NCBI GenBank assembly: GCA_951406725.2
Contig: OX597817.1
Location: forward strand, 155,620,001-155,684,000
Length of the DNA stretch: 64,000 nt
Origin: Octopus vulgaris
Lineage: Eukaryota
Reading direction: 5' to 3'
Shown here one piece after another: positions 42,038 through 54,299 of this stretch; within the stretch, counting starts at the first letter, position 1, and the number at the start of each line of letters is the position of its first letter. The translations under genes and the position numbers were made by a program. The notes under the pieces were generated by a model. It was not told the DNA's origin, ran no database searches, and worked only from the letters and a program-made list of their open reading frames with translations.

Positions 42038-42640
42038 GGCTTCTGTGCCGGTGGCACATAAAAAGCACCAACCGATCGTGGGATCCCGGAACATCTCGCT
42101 GTGCTTGAGGAGACCTGTTGAGTCAAGTGCATGTACATGAACAGCGAACCAAATATCAATGGAAACAGTAGTTGTGATACCTGTGCTGGTGACACATAAA
42201 AAGCACCATCCGAACGTGGCCGTTGCCAGTGCAGCCTCCACTGGCTTCTGTGCCGGTGGCACATAAAAAGCTCCATCCGAACGTGACCGATGCCAACCCT
42301 GCCTCGAATGGCTTCTGTACCGGTGGCACATAAAAAGCACCACCCGAATGTGGCCGATGCCAGCACCGCCTTGACTGGCTTCTGTGCCGGTAGCACATAA
42401 AAAAGCACCAACCGATCGTGGCTGATGCCAGACCCCTCTGGCACCAGTGCAGGTGGCATGTAAAAAGCACCCACTACACTCGCGGAGTGGTTGGTGTTAG
42501 GAAGGGCATCCAGCTGTAGAAACACTGCCAGATCAGACTGGAGCCTGGGGCAGCCCCTGGCTCCCCAGACCCCGGTCGAACCGTCCAACCCGTGCTAGCG
42601 CGGAAAACGGACGTTAAACGATGATGATGATGATGATGAT
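42038..42640 (+). mobile_element. RTE 3'UTR with five tandem ~65-bp structured units plus one 5' extra unit
   Basis: Repeated TGTGCCGGTGGCACATAAAAAGCACC; (GAT)n tail. Confidence 0.85.
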
Positions 42641-43442
42641 ATATCTTCTATATAATAAAGCTCAACGTCTGTGTGTTTGTACAGCTATAGGACGAAAGGG
42701 AATAGAAGATATATAAAAACAAAGTATGTGTTCTCATGTAAAATTTTATGAGAGAGATGATGAGCTTCATAAAAGGCACTTTCTATTGCAATTACGGGGC
42801 TTAAAGGGGCGGGGTGGGGCAAACATCCCCTGTGAAATTTCAAATACCTCTGATTTCAATGAAAATAACAACATAACTACTAGGTACTAAGTAAAGACGA
42901 TTTTCAAAATTTCCCCATCTTACGATACTATTCAACTCCACTAATGGGGTTATAACAACACAAGACAGAGCCCCTTTGAAAGTGTAAATGCATCCACTTT
43001 TCATGGAAGATACACAGAATTTAAGTATGTGTTCTTGGAATAAGTGTACTACAAAACTTAAACAATGCATATCTTATGTCATCATCATCATCATCATCAT
43101 CATTTAGCATCCGCTTTCCATGCTAGCATGGGTTGGACAGTCCAACTGGGGTCTGGGAAGCCAGAAGGCTGCACCAGGCCCAGTCTGATCTGGCAGAGTT
43201 TCTACGGCTGGATGCCCTTCCTAACACCAACCACTCCGTGAGTGTAGTGGGTGCTTTTTACGTGTCACCGGCACGGGTGCCAGACGAGGCTGGCAAACGG
43301 CCACAATTGGATGGTGCTTTTTACGTGCCACCAACACGGACGCCCGTCGGGGCGGCGCTGGCAACGGCCACATTCGGATGGTTTGCTTACGTGCCACCGG
43401 CACAGGTATCACAGCTACAATTTCCATTGATGTTGATCGATT

Positions 43443-43488
<46 letters not shown>

Positions 43489-44166
43489 TATATATGTGTG
43501 TGTGTGTGTGTATGTGTTTATGTGTCTGTGTCTGTGTTTTTACCCTCACCATCACTTGACTACCAATGTTGCTGTGTTTATGTTCCCATAATTTAGCCGT
43601 TTGCAAAACACACCAATAGAATATGTACTATGCTTACAAAGAATAAATGCTATTGTCAATTTCTTTGACCAAAGGTGGTGCTCCAGCTTTGCTGCAGTCA
43701 CATGACCGAAGCAAGTAAAACAATAAAAAAACTATGCCATTTTATTCCTGAGCAATGTCGAGTATCTCTACTAGTATATATATAAATCCCCAAAATGGAA
43801 CAAGAATTCAACAGATGACAATAAAACATCCGGAGAAATAGATGATCCAAAGATGGACAGGAAAAACAACAAAAATACAGACAAAACAAGGAAGGGTCAT
43901 TTGCAGCCTTCTCTCCTCAGTCAAGTTTCCAGATTATCCTTACAGTTTCAGGTGGTTACACTTGAGACTGGCTGGCCCCAAAAATCTAAGCTAAGAGCAT
44001 TAAATATTTTGCAAGCAAATGTGTATGACAACAAAGATTAAAAAAAAACGGAGAAAATGTTACACAATTACAAATACAAACAAGAAAACAACAACATATA
44101 TATGTATGTATATATATACATGTATATGTGTATATGTATATGTGTGTGTGTATATATATATATTTA

Positions 44167-44297
<131 letters not shown>

Positions 44298-44309
44298 ATA
44301 TACATGTAT

Positions 44310-44530
44310 ATGGCAAAAAGAAAATGGAGAAAATCAGCTAGTAGGCATTCCATTATATCTATTTATTCCAAAACAAAAGGGAATATTATAAGAATACATA
44401 CAGCCGTTTCTGCAGAAACGGCTGTAAGGAACTGATCTTTTGTTTTGTTTTGAAATAAATAGATATAATAGAATGCCTACTGGCTGATGTATGTCATTTT
44501 TGCATCCCCTCCATTTCCTTTTTGCTGTAT
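44310..44530. mobile_element. Collapsed PLE-like inverted repeat with half-hammerheads at the centre
   Basis: Centre TACAGCCGTTTCTG|CAGAAACGGCTGTA (44399-44426), diverged outer arms. Confidence 0.65.
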
Positions 44531-44727
44531 AAATTAAGGGTAAACCATCTTTTACCCCCACCTATATATGACATTCGACTGCAAAATTGCTACGCGATAA
44601 CCAGCACTTGGATATTAATAATTGGGCACACTCCCAGCAGTATATTGGATAGGTACTATCCCTTAGTTGGTTGGCTTCCCAACCTCTAGCACTCACGGAA
44701 ATATATATACATGTATATACATGTATA

Positions 44728-44948
44728 TATAAAATGAAACTGGATCTCTTCTTGTCAGGTATCCCAGATGAACCAACTTCACGGCAGGAGGTGCAGATGA
44801 GGGCAGCTGCATTGAACTCTCTCATGCACCAAATGGCAGTTGCTAAAAAGCATTCGTGAAGTACAACCATGTAGCAACACCAAATGGCGGTGCCCCAGCA
44901 TGGCCACAGCTCGTGAGCTGAAACTAGAATCAATCAATCAATCAATCA
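44728..44948 (+). mobile_element. CR1-like LINE 3' end
   Basis: KMKLDLFLSGIPDEP...NSLMHQM C-terminus, short UTR, (ATCA)n tail. Confidence 0.75.
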
Positions 44949-44958
44949 TATATATATG

Positions 44959-45260
44959 TAATTTACAAGATAAAGGCAGAAGAAAAATTCTAATGCCAAA
45001 TATGCCGAAACAAAAAATTGTTGATAACCATTATAATTATAATTATAATGGTTATCAACAATTTTTGTACCCCCACCATTAATTAATTATAATTATATTA
45101 TAATGGTTATCAACGATTTTTTGTTTCGGCATATTTGGCATTAGAATTTTTCTTCTGCCCTTATCTTGTAAATTATGTATAAATTTTACCTTCAAAGGCA
45201 TTTCTTGATATGCTGGCCATTGATAAAATTTTTTTCCCGAAAAAATTTTATCCTATATTA
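44959..45260. mobile_element. PLE-like fragment with nested palindromes
   Basis: Outer arms about 44959-45037 and 45097-45175; perfect 54-bp palindrome 45013-45066; homologous to 56507-57120. Confidence 0.65.
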
Positions 45261-45271
45261 ATTATCATATA

Positions 45272-45362
<91 letters not shown>

Positions 45363-45980
45363 TCATCATCGTTTAACGTCCGTTCTCTACACTAGCATGG
45401 GTTGGACATATATGTATATACATATATATATATATATGTATATATATCTATGTATATATATGTGTATATATATATATATAAATATTGGAAGCTTTGGAAA
45501 TGATGTACAGGTATTATATATTTTATAAAATGGTCAAAACTCCTCACACAGGAACTTAGTTTGATTTGAAAACCCCACTAGAATAGGAGAAAGCGCTAAT
45601 ACATGATCTAAGTTATATGATATATAAAAAATGTAATATACAAATAAATATCTGTAAATATAAACCATCCGATTTTCTGAGTACCTCATTTCTTCTAATA
45701 TATATATGTATATACCGTGCAGGTGGCACGTAAAATGCACCAATCCGACCCTGGCCGATGCCAGCCTCGCCTGGCACCAGTGCAGGTGGCACGTAAAAAG
45801 CACCCACTACACTCACGGAGTGGTTGGCGTTAGGAAGGGCATCCAGCTGTAGAAACATTGCCAGATAAGACCGGAGCCTGGTGCAGCCTTCTGCAGCCTT
45901 CTGGCTTCCCAGATCCCCGGTCGAATCGTCCAACCCATGCTAGCATGGAGAACGGACGTTAAACGATGATGATGATGATG

Positions 45981-46018
<38 letters not shown>

Positions 46019-46062
46019 CATATACATATGTCTATATGTATATGTGCATATATATATATATG

Positions 46063-46120
<58 letters not shown>

Positions 46121-46319
46121 TATACATATAAATATATATATATATGTATACATATACACATGTAACTGCATATATGTGTGTGGGGCATGGGTTGGATGTT
46201 TTGACAGGATCTCATAAGTTGTCAGATCATGTCATTCTACCAGTGTTTGCTTTGGCATGTTTTCTACAGGTGGAAGTTTTTACAATGACCAACCACTTTG
46301 CAGCATGCTTGTGCATATA

Positions 46320-46357
<38 letters not shown>

Positions 46358-46781
46358 ACATTTAACATTGCTTTTCCATGCCGCCACAGGTTGGACGGCA
46401 TGACAGGAACTGGCAAGGCCAAGGGTCACACCAGGTACCACAGACTGTTTTTACTTGGTTTCTATGGCTGGGTGTCCTTCCTGATGTCAAACACTCCACA
46501 GAGTGTACTGGTTGCTATTTATGTGGTACTTTGGTTTTAGGATCTCAATTCTGTTGTATTGTGCAAGTCTTCTCAAGTACAGCAACTAGTCACACATCTT
46601 GGTCCTCTGTCATCTCCTTTTGAGATTGTCCTTCAGTACTGTACCCCATTTAGACACACACAAACACACACATACACACACATGCATACACACACATATG
46701 CACTTACACACACATCACACATACACACATATACACACACCACACATACACACATATACACACACATACCTATCTATCTAT

Positions 46782-46820
<39 letters not shown>

Positions 46821-46821
46821 T

Positions 46822-46910
<89 letters not shown>

Positions 46911-49165
46911 ATGGACTTCTAGTTTCCATCTACCAAATGCACTCACAAGGCTTTGGTTGGCCTGAGGCTATAGTAGAAGACACTTGCCCAAGGTGCCATG
47001 CTGTGATTGGGAATCAAAATCTTACTTCTTTACTGCCCACAAGGGAATCAAACAGCTTACCACACAACACACCTGAACACATGTGTGCATGCACATGCAC
47101 GCAAGCATGCACACACACACACACACCACACACACACACTTGTACACATATGAATTGGCTGGTAATACACGAGGCATTGAGCTGTAAAAGCCGAATGAAA
47201 GATTAAGCATTGAAGTGAGACATAGCATTTTACACTCCATCTAGGAGGGCAGTAATTTTGAATATGAACTGACTCACACATCAACAGCTCATCCAAGTAT
47301 GCCAGCCTGGAAAGCAGACCTCAAATGGCAATGATGATGTTGATGATGATGTCTCAAGCATATAAAATCAATTGTAACTTGTTAACAATGTATATGAATA
47401 GGCGCTGAAATGTTCCTGGCTTTAAGGGTATCGCAAAAGACCTGGCTGGTGGCCCAATCTTCTTAGTTCTTTTACAGCATTTAGAAAAACTGAAGGACCA
47501 CTGCAACATGTGAGTGAATCTGAGAGGGGAATATATGTTGTATAAAATCATAATTAACTGATCCTCCTGTATTTTCTTTGACCCCAAGCCAGGAACTTTT
47601 CAGCACCCACCTTGAACAGTTTAGTTCCAAGGCAGCCAGAATAATCTGTGATCAATGACATTTGTTTTGTGACCATCCTATTTTTTATTCAGACAACATT
47701 ATCATGTTTTTTGAAATAGCACAATGTTGAGTGATGAAATAGTGGTTCACCCATTGGCTTGGTGTATTCTAGTAACATAATGCCAAATTGGAAAATGAGA
47801 TTGTGTAACATTCATATATTTTTCATATGAATTGACTTCAAAGTAAGACTGAAACCAGTTTCTTGTCTCCAACTATATAAAAACCTCTTTCTGTGAAACA
47901 GTGAATAGATTCAAAAGGTCAAGTGTGTATATTCATAAATATTTACAAAGAGCATTTATGAAAAACTACGTCAAACCCTCTGACATACCTCTTCAGATTA
48001 TAAACTAATGTGTGTACCTATGATCATTGGTACACTCAGTTGTTTTCTTTAGCTCTACAATGGCTGTGATTGAGCTTACCTTTGATCAAAAGCATTCACC
48101 CATGGTCCTTTTGTCTTAGTGTTTTTTTTTTTTAGCTTTTGTGTATGTTAAACTACATCATACAATTATTTTAGGGACTGGGAAACTTGAAGCAAATAAA
48201 GCTATAGATAATTGCGTGTAAATATTGGACTAAAAATTCCTTTTGGACAGAAAATGTCAAAGACTGGCTGTAGGACAGAAACCCACATTTCCTGTTGACA
48301 TGACTGGTGCTCTATCATTGGTAGTCTTCCCATTGCAGCCTTCCACTTTTTTGCCCCAAAGGGTTTTGCAACCTAATATTTACATGCTATTATTTATAGC
48401 TTTAAGGCAGTGGGCTTGCAGAATTTTGCCATGCCAGACAAAATGCTTAGCAACATTTAGTCTATCTTTGCATTCTGAGTTCAGATTCCACCGAAGTCGA
48501 CTTTACTTTTCTTCCTTTGTCGACTTTACTTTTCACCGAAGTCAACTTTACATTTCATCCTTTCAGGGTCGATAAAATAAGTACCAGTTGAGCACTGGGG
48601 TTGATGTAATTGACTTACCCACCTCCCCTGATAATGCTAGCCTTGTGCCAAAATTTGAAACCATTATTTATAGCTTTATGTAAGTTGGTGAACTGGCAGA
48701 ATTGTTTGTATGTTAGCAAAATGCTTTGCAGTATTTCATCCATCTTCATGGTTTGAGTTCAAGTTCTGCTGAGGTTGACTTTGCTTTTCATCTGTTTGGG
48801 ATCAATAGATTAAGTACCAGTTAAACACTGGGGTCGATGTAACTGGTTTAACCCCACCAAAATTCAAAATCACTTTTTATAGTTTTATGTGCTTCCAGAT
48901 CCAGTATTTCAAAAAGAATTATTTTACTTTATCCAATGTAGTTAGTCTAGGATATTTTGATATAGAGTGTGATTTAAGCAGATGGTTTAGGTGTGATTTA
49001 AGAGAAATTTGATTGCTGTTTTTAAGGAATCAAGCCACTATGAAGATATTCCCCAATGCATAAGTAATAATCTTGTAAAGCAGGAGTTTTAGAAACAGAA
49101 AAAGAAATGAAACCAGTTCATGAACTCAGACAATAGCAAATCTCTTTCTCTGATATACTCCTTAC

Positions 49166-49240
49166 ATTCAACAGGCAGACCGTGATATAAATATTTAAGA
49201 AAAGAGTTAACTGCCTCGGCATATTGACCAAATATGACAT
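49166..49240 (-). CDS. Candidate first coding segment (MSYLVNMPRQLTLFLNIYITVCLLN)
   Basis: Strong acceptor at 49315, gtaagg donor, signal-peptide-like stretch; no homology recognised. Confidence 0.2.
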
Positions 49241-49816
49241 TAATAATGTAGCATATTTTCTTCAGGATATGATCATTTAAGTGTGAAAAAGAATGTCAAA
49301 GTCTGTTTTATTGAACTAAGAAGTTTGAAAAACAAAAATGGTACAAAATACCAAAGTATATAAAGGTTAAGGGTATGGGGTATAAAGTATGTAAGAGATA
49401 TATTTTGTGTGTGTGTGTGTGCGTTTGTGAATGTGTATATATATATATATATGTATGTATTTATGAGTGTATGTGAGTATCTATATATATCTGTGACTAT
49501 GTTTATATGTATGCATCTGTGATTATGTGTGAGCTTGTGTGTGCTGTGCTTTGCTTTGTATCTATTTATACGTCTCATTATAAGTGTGTATATACTTATC
49601 CAAGCATGTAAGAATATGTGTCAATAAATCCCTCTATTTCAATACACACTCTACGAGCACCAGGGTATCAAGTCACATTATCATAAGAAAAATAAAATGT
49701 GATACTCTCTCCTCGGCTTCCTCTCTCCTTATATCCCTCCCCTGTCTGTTTGTCTCTCTCTATGCAAACACAAGCACACAAATGCATACATACATGTATA
49801 TACACACACATACATA

Positions 49817-50156
<340 letters not shown>

Positions 50157-50579
50157 TCTACCAGATGGTTGAGAGTGTATGTGTTTATATCACTGAAAGG
50201 CTCTGAAATGGAGTGTCCTTGAGAAAAACGGATTTGATTTTCGAAATCCACTTCCCAGCAGGAATGTATTTTTAATTAGTGATAAAAAAATATAATTTGC
50301 TATGAGAAATAACTCGACTTTTAGATCCTTAAATTACTATATCATTCCAATCTCTCTATCTGTCTCTTTCTGTATTTTTATGGTTTTCCCCTCTCTGTAT
50401 ATATTTACCACACTCTCATTCTTTCTCTGTATATTTCTCATGTGTGCTACTCCCCACTCTTTCTCTTGACATCTGATTGCTTTCATTTTGTTTAAAACTT
50501 TGTCATAATGTTTTTACTTTCATTTTGTGATAAACTTTTATCATGCGTATAAACTGTTATCATATGTATAAACTGTTAT

Positions 50580-50975
50580 AGGCGCAGGAGTGGCTGTGTG
50601 GTAAGTAGCTTGCTAACCAACCACATGGTTGCGGGTTCAGACCCACTGCGTGGCATCTTGGGCAAGTGTCTTCTGCTATAGCCCCGGGCCGACCAATGCC
50701 TTGTGAGTGGATTTGGTAGATGGAAACTGAAAGAAGCCTGTCGTATATATGTGTATGTATATATATATATGTGTGTGTGTTTGTGTGTCTGTGTTTGTCC
50801 CCCTAGCATTGCTTGACAACCGATGCTGGTGTGTTTACGTCCCCGTCACTTAGCGGTTCGGCAAAAGAGACTGATAGAATAAGTACTGGGCTTACAAAGA
50901 ATATATATATATATATATACATATATACGACAGGCTTCTTTCAGTTTCTGCCTACCAAATCCACTCACAAGGCAT
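50580..50975 (+). mobile_element. SINE family B, 3'-truncated, followed by inverted internal segment
   Basis: 50920-50975 is the reverse complement of about 50696-50751. Confidence 0.8.
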
Positions 50976-51163
50976 ATGTGTAAAAAATTTTATTAAGGCA
51001 ACAGAATTGGAAGACCCTAACAAAGCATCAGTGACAAGCTCAGATGACACCTGAACAGAGAAGGAATAGACTTGATACATAAACACATGCCTTCATCACA
51101 TGTTCTCAGGAGAGACTTGAGCATAGCATGTATCAATTAGATGGTAAGCACTCAGACTCAGGA

Positions 51164-51372
51164 GATGATGTCCCATTTCAGTGCAAAGGACTTTAATTTC
51201 CAGTGAATCTTAGTTTTGCCTTGACCACCAACGAATTGCAAGGCAAACATTTTCAGTTGCTGGTTTACACCTTGAAGAGCCCTGCTTCACACATGGTCAT
51301 CTTTACATTGGATGAGTAGGAAGTGAGAAAAAATCTTTACATCTATGAACCAAATGGAAAAACAAAAACAAT
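51164..51372 (+). pseudogene. Helitron Pif1-like helicase C-terminal remnant
   Basis: VPFQCKGL*FPVNLSFALTTNELQG/TFSVAGLHLEEPCFTHGHLYIG resembles QFP..AFAMTINKSQGQT..FSHGQLYV. Confidence 0.8.
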
Positions 51373-51608
51373 TTCTTTTATTGGGACGTTATAAATTGCT
51401 CCAAATAATGTAGAAATCTGTCCTGATCAAAGAGACTTATTCATCGGGGAAGATATGGTTGGACTTGAAATAAAAAGTAATTGAAACAAGGGCATTCTAT
51501 TGCGAAAATGACTTGGCAATGACAAGCTACTCAGCTGGAACATATATATATATATATATATAAAATGAAAGAATGGAGTCGAACGACGATTTTAACAAAA
51601 TTCCTTTA

Positions 51609-51691
51609 CTCTCGACACATGTTTCGAAGGCTGCATATTCCTAATTCCGAAGGAATAAAGGGTGCATTATGCCGCCATCTCATCAGGAAAG
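51609..51691 (-). ncRNA. Type-I hammerhead ribozyme
   Basis: cuuuc-CUGAUGA-gauggcggcaua...uaugcagccuuc-GAAAC-augu-GUC-gagag. Confidence 0.75.
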
Positions 51692-51760
51692 ACAAGGAAC
51701 TTATGTCAGCACCATGAAGAGCAAAAACTTTTAGATGACTGCCCACATGATGTCTACAGT

Positions 51761-51811
<51 letters not shown>

Positions 51812-51904
51812 AAATATTATTAGAGACAAAACCACTATTTTGCAAAACAAACAAGGAAAGACTTAATCAATACATAAAATTTTAATAAATAGTCAAAAAA
51901 ACCG

Positions 51905-51947
51905 CCACTACAATCGTTTCTTGTCTTGATCGACAATCTTCAGGTGG
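51905..51947 (-). ncRNA. Minimal type-I hammerhead ribozyme (mirror copy)
   Basis: Reverse complement of 51998-52040. Confidence 0.85.
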
Positions 51948-51997
51948 ACTTCAATAAGTCAGTTTCAAATTATAATTTGAAACTGACTTATTGAAGT

Positions 51998-52040
51998 CCA
52001 CCTGAAGATTGTCGATCAAGACAAGAAACGATTGTAGTGG
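51998..52040 (+). ncRNA. Minimal type-I hammerhead ribozyme
   Basis: ccac-CUGAAGA-uuguc gaucaa gacaa-GAAAC-gauu-GUA-gugg; core and stems I/II perfect. Confidence 0.85.
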
Positions 52041-52278
52041 CGGTTTTTTTGACTATTTATTAAAATTTTATGTATTGATTAAGTCTTTCCTTGTTTGTTT
52101 TGCAAAATAGTGGTTTTGTCTCTAATAATATTTTATAATATTTTACTATAAAATTGGATTTAATCTGATTTTTTCCCTGTAAATTTGGATTTATTCCCTA
52201 ATATTTATTATACACACATATATATATATGCATACATACATACATACATACATACATACATACATACATACATACGTA

Positions 52279-52320
<42 letters not shown>

Positions 52321-53043
52321 AATTAAATTAAAGATAAAACCACTATTAGGCAAATCAAACAGTGAAAAACATAAACCAAAACATAGAAAAAAATTAATTA
52401 ATATATATATATGTTTAATGATTAAGGTGGCTAGATGCAATTTAAAACCAAAAAAGAAAAAAGTCACCATTACTAAAAGTGACTGAGGTGCAGGGTAGCA
52501 CCAGCATTGCTAGAAACAAGAGTCAAAGTCTCTTTAGCGATGAACAAAGCACAGTTTTATGTACTGACTAGAGACATAACTTCCCCACAGAAAGTGAAGG
52601 CAAAGTGATTTAAGGCAGCTACTGTTAGCCTTTCATGATTCATGATTGCCTACATTCTGGACAACTCTGAAGAAGACCCAAGCATCAACTGATGAACACA
52701 ATACCTTCATACACCTTGAATAAGTAATCTTAAATTAGCCTCTATACAAAGGGCTGTGCTTCAGCATGGTCTTTAGTAATGATGGTTAAAACAAATTTAT
52801 AGATTGTTTTATTTTATTCTAATTTATTTGATATAAAGACTGGGGACATCCATGATGCTTCAAGATCCTCCTTATTCTTTTATTCTTTCATTTGCTTCAG
52901 TCATTTGACTGTAGCCATGCTGGAGCACCACCTTTAGTCAAGGACTTATTCTTTGTAAGCTCTTGCCGAACTGCTAAGTGACAGGGACACAAACACACTA
53001 GCATTGGTTATCAAGCGATGTTGAGGGGACAAACACAGACACA

Positions 53044-53082
<39 letters not shown>

Positions 53083-53832
53083 ACACTTATATATACGACG
53101 GGTTTCTTTCAGTTTCCGTCTACCAAATCCACGCACAAGGCTTTGGTCGGTCTGAGGCTATAGTAGAAGATACTTGCCCAAAGGTCAGTTTAATTTGATT
53201 CATATTCAGCGTAAACTTCTGATGGTCAATGTTTATAGAGAAAATGTGGATTCACAGAAAATTCGAAGGGGAAACAGTTTGGGGGAGAATGGATTGAGCA
53301 TAATGTTAAGAACAGAGATTTGGTGGGTGAAAGACAATTTTATACAGACATTACACTTACACCCACATACACACACATCTATATGTTTGGAGTAAGGATG
53401 GTCGTATGGTCAAGACGTTTGCTTGTGAACCTCATGGTTTTGGGTTCAGTCCCAATACAACAAGGTATTTTATATAGCAATATAATACCAAAAAAAGACA
53501 TGTAAATAGCACACACATCAAAAAATTAACATGTCACAACTGGCATTAAAACTTATCGATTAAAAGTTTGGTTGCTACAAAAAAAATTGACACGTGTTTG
53601 CTGATACATATGGCTGTCAATTAAAAACTCTTTGACAGGACAGTCAACATGAATTCAACCAGAATCTAAGAAACAGCACAAATGCCAAATATATTCAATT
53701 CTTGAAAATGAGACGGCAAATATCTGGAAATGATGAATATGAATTTAAGAACTTTATTGTTCCAAATTAATTGTGAAAAATAACTTGAGAATATATGAAA
53801 AATCTAAAATAAAAAACTAGAATTTGAATGTG

Positions 53833-54218
53833 GTGGAAGCACTCCGTCAGTTACGACGACGAGGGTTCCAGTTGATCCGAATCAACGGAACAGCCTGCTC
53901 GTGAAATTAACGTGTAAGTGGCTGAGCACTCCATAGACACGTGTACCCTTAACGTAGTTCTCGGGGATATTTAGCGTGACACAGAGAGTGACAAGGCCGG
54001 CCCTTTGAAATACAAGGTACAACAGAAACAGGAAGTAAGAGTGAGAGAAAGTTGCGGTGAAAGAGTACAGCAGGGATCACCACCATCCCCTGCCGGAGCC
54101 TCGTGGAGCTTTTAGGTCTTTTCGCTCAATAAACACTCACAACGCCCGGTCTGGGAATCGAAACCGCGATCGTATGACCGCGAGTCCGCTGCCCTAACCA
54201 CTGGGCCATTGCACCTCC
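53833..54218 (-). mobile_element. SINE head A + tail 1 (OR1-like)
   Basis: TSD AATTTGAATGTG. Confidence 0.9.
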
Positions 54219-54299
54219 AATTTGAATGTGTTCATGTATTTAATGTAACACACACACACATACACGTGAGTGTGTGTGTGTGTGTGTAAATATATACAC

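Larger units (their letters stand above)
51808..52137. mobile_element. Perfect 330-bp palindrome (PLE-like head-to-head pLTRs)
   Basis: 165-bp arms, no spacer, centre 51972/51973. Confidence 0.8.

Noticed and set aside
42180-42475. CRISPR-like repeat/spacer periodicity
   Set aside because: Spacers are homologous to one another, the array lies in a LINE 3'UTR, and there are no cas genes in a eukaryotic context
41794-42588. Longest ORF (264 aa)
   Set aside because: Antisense read-through of RTE UTR repeats and (TA)n
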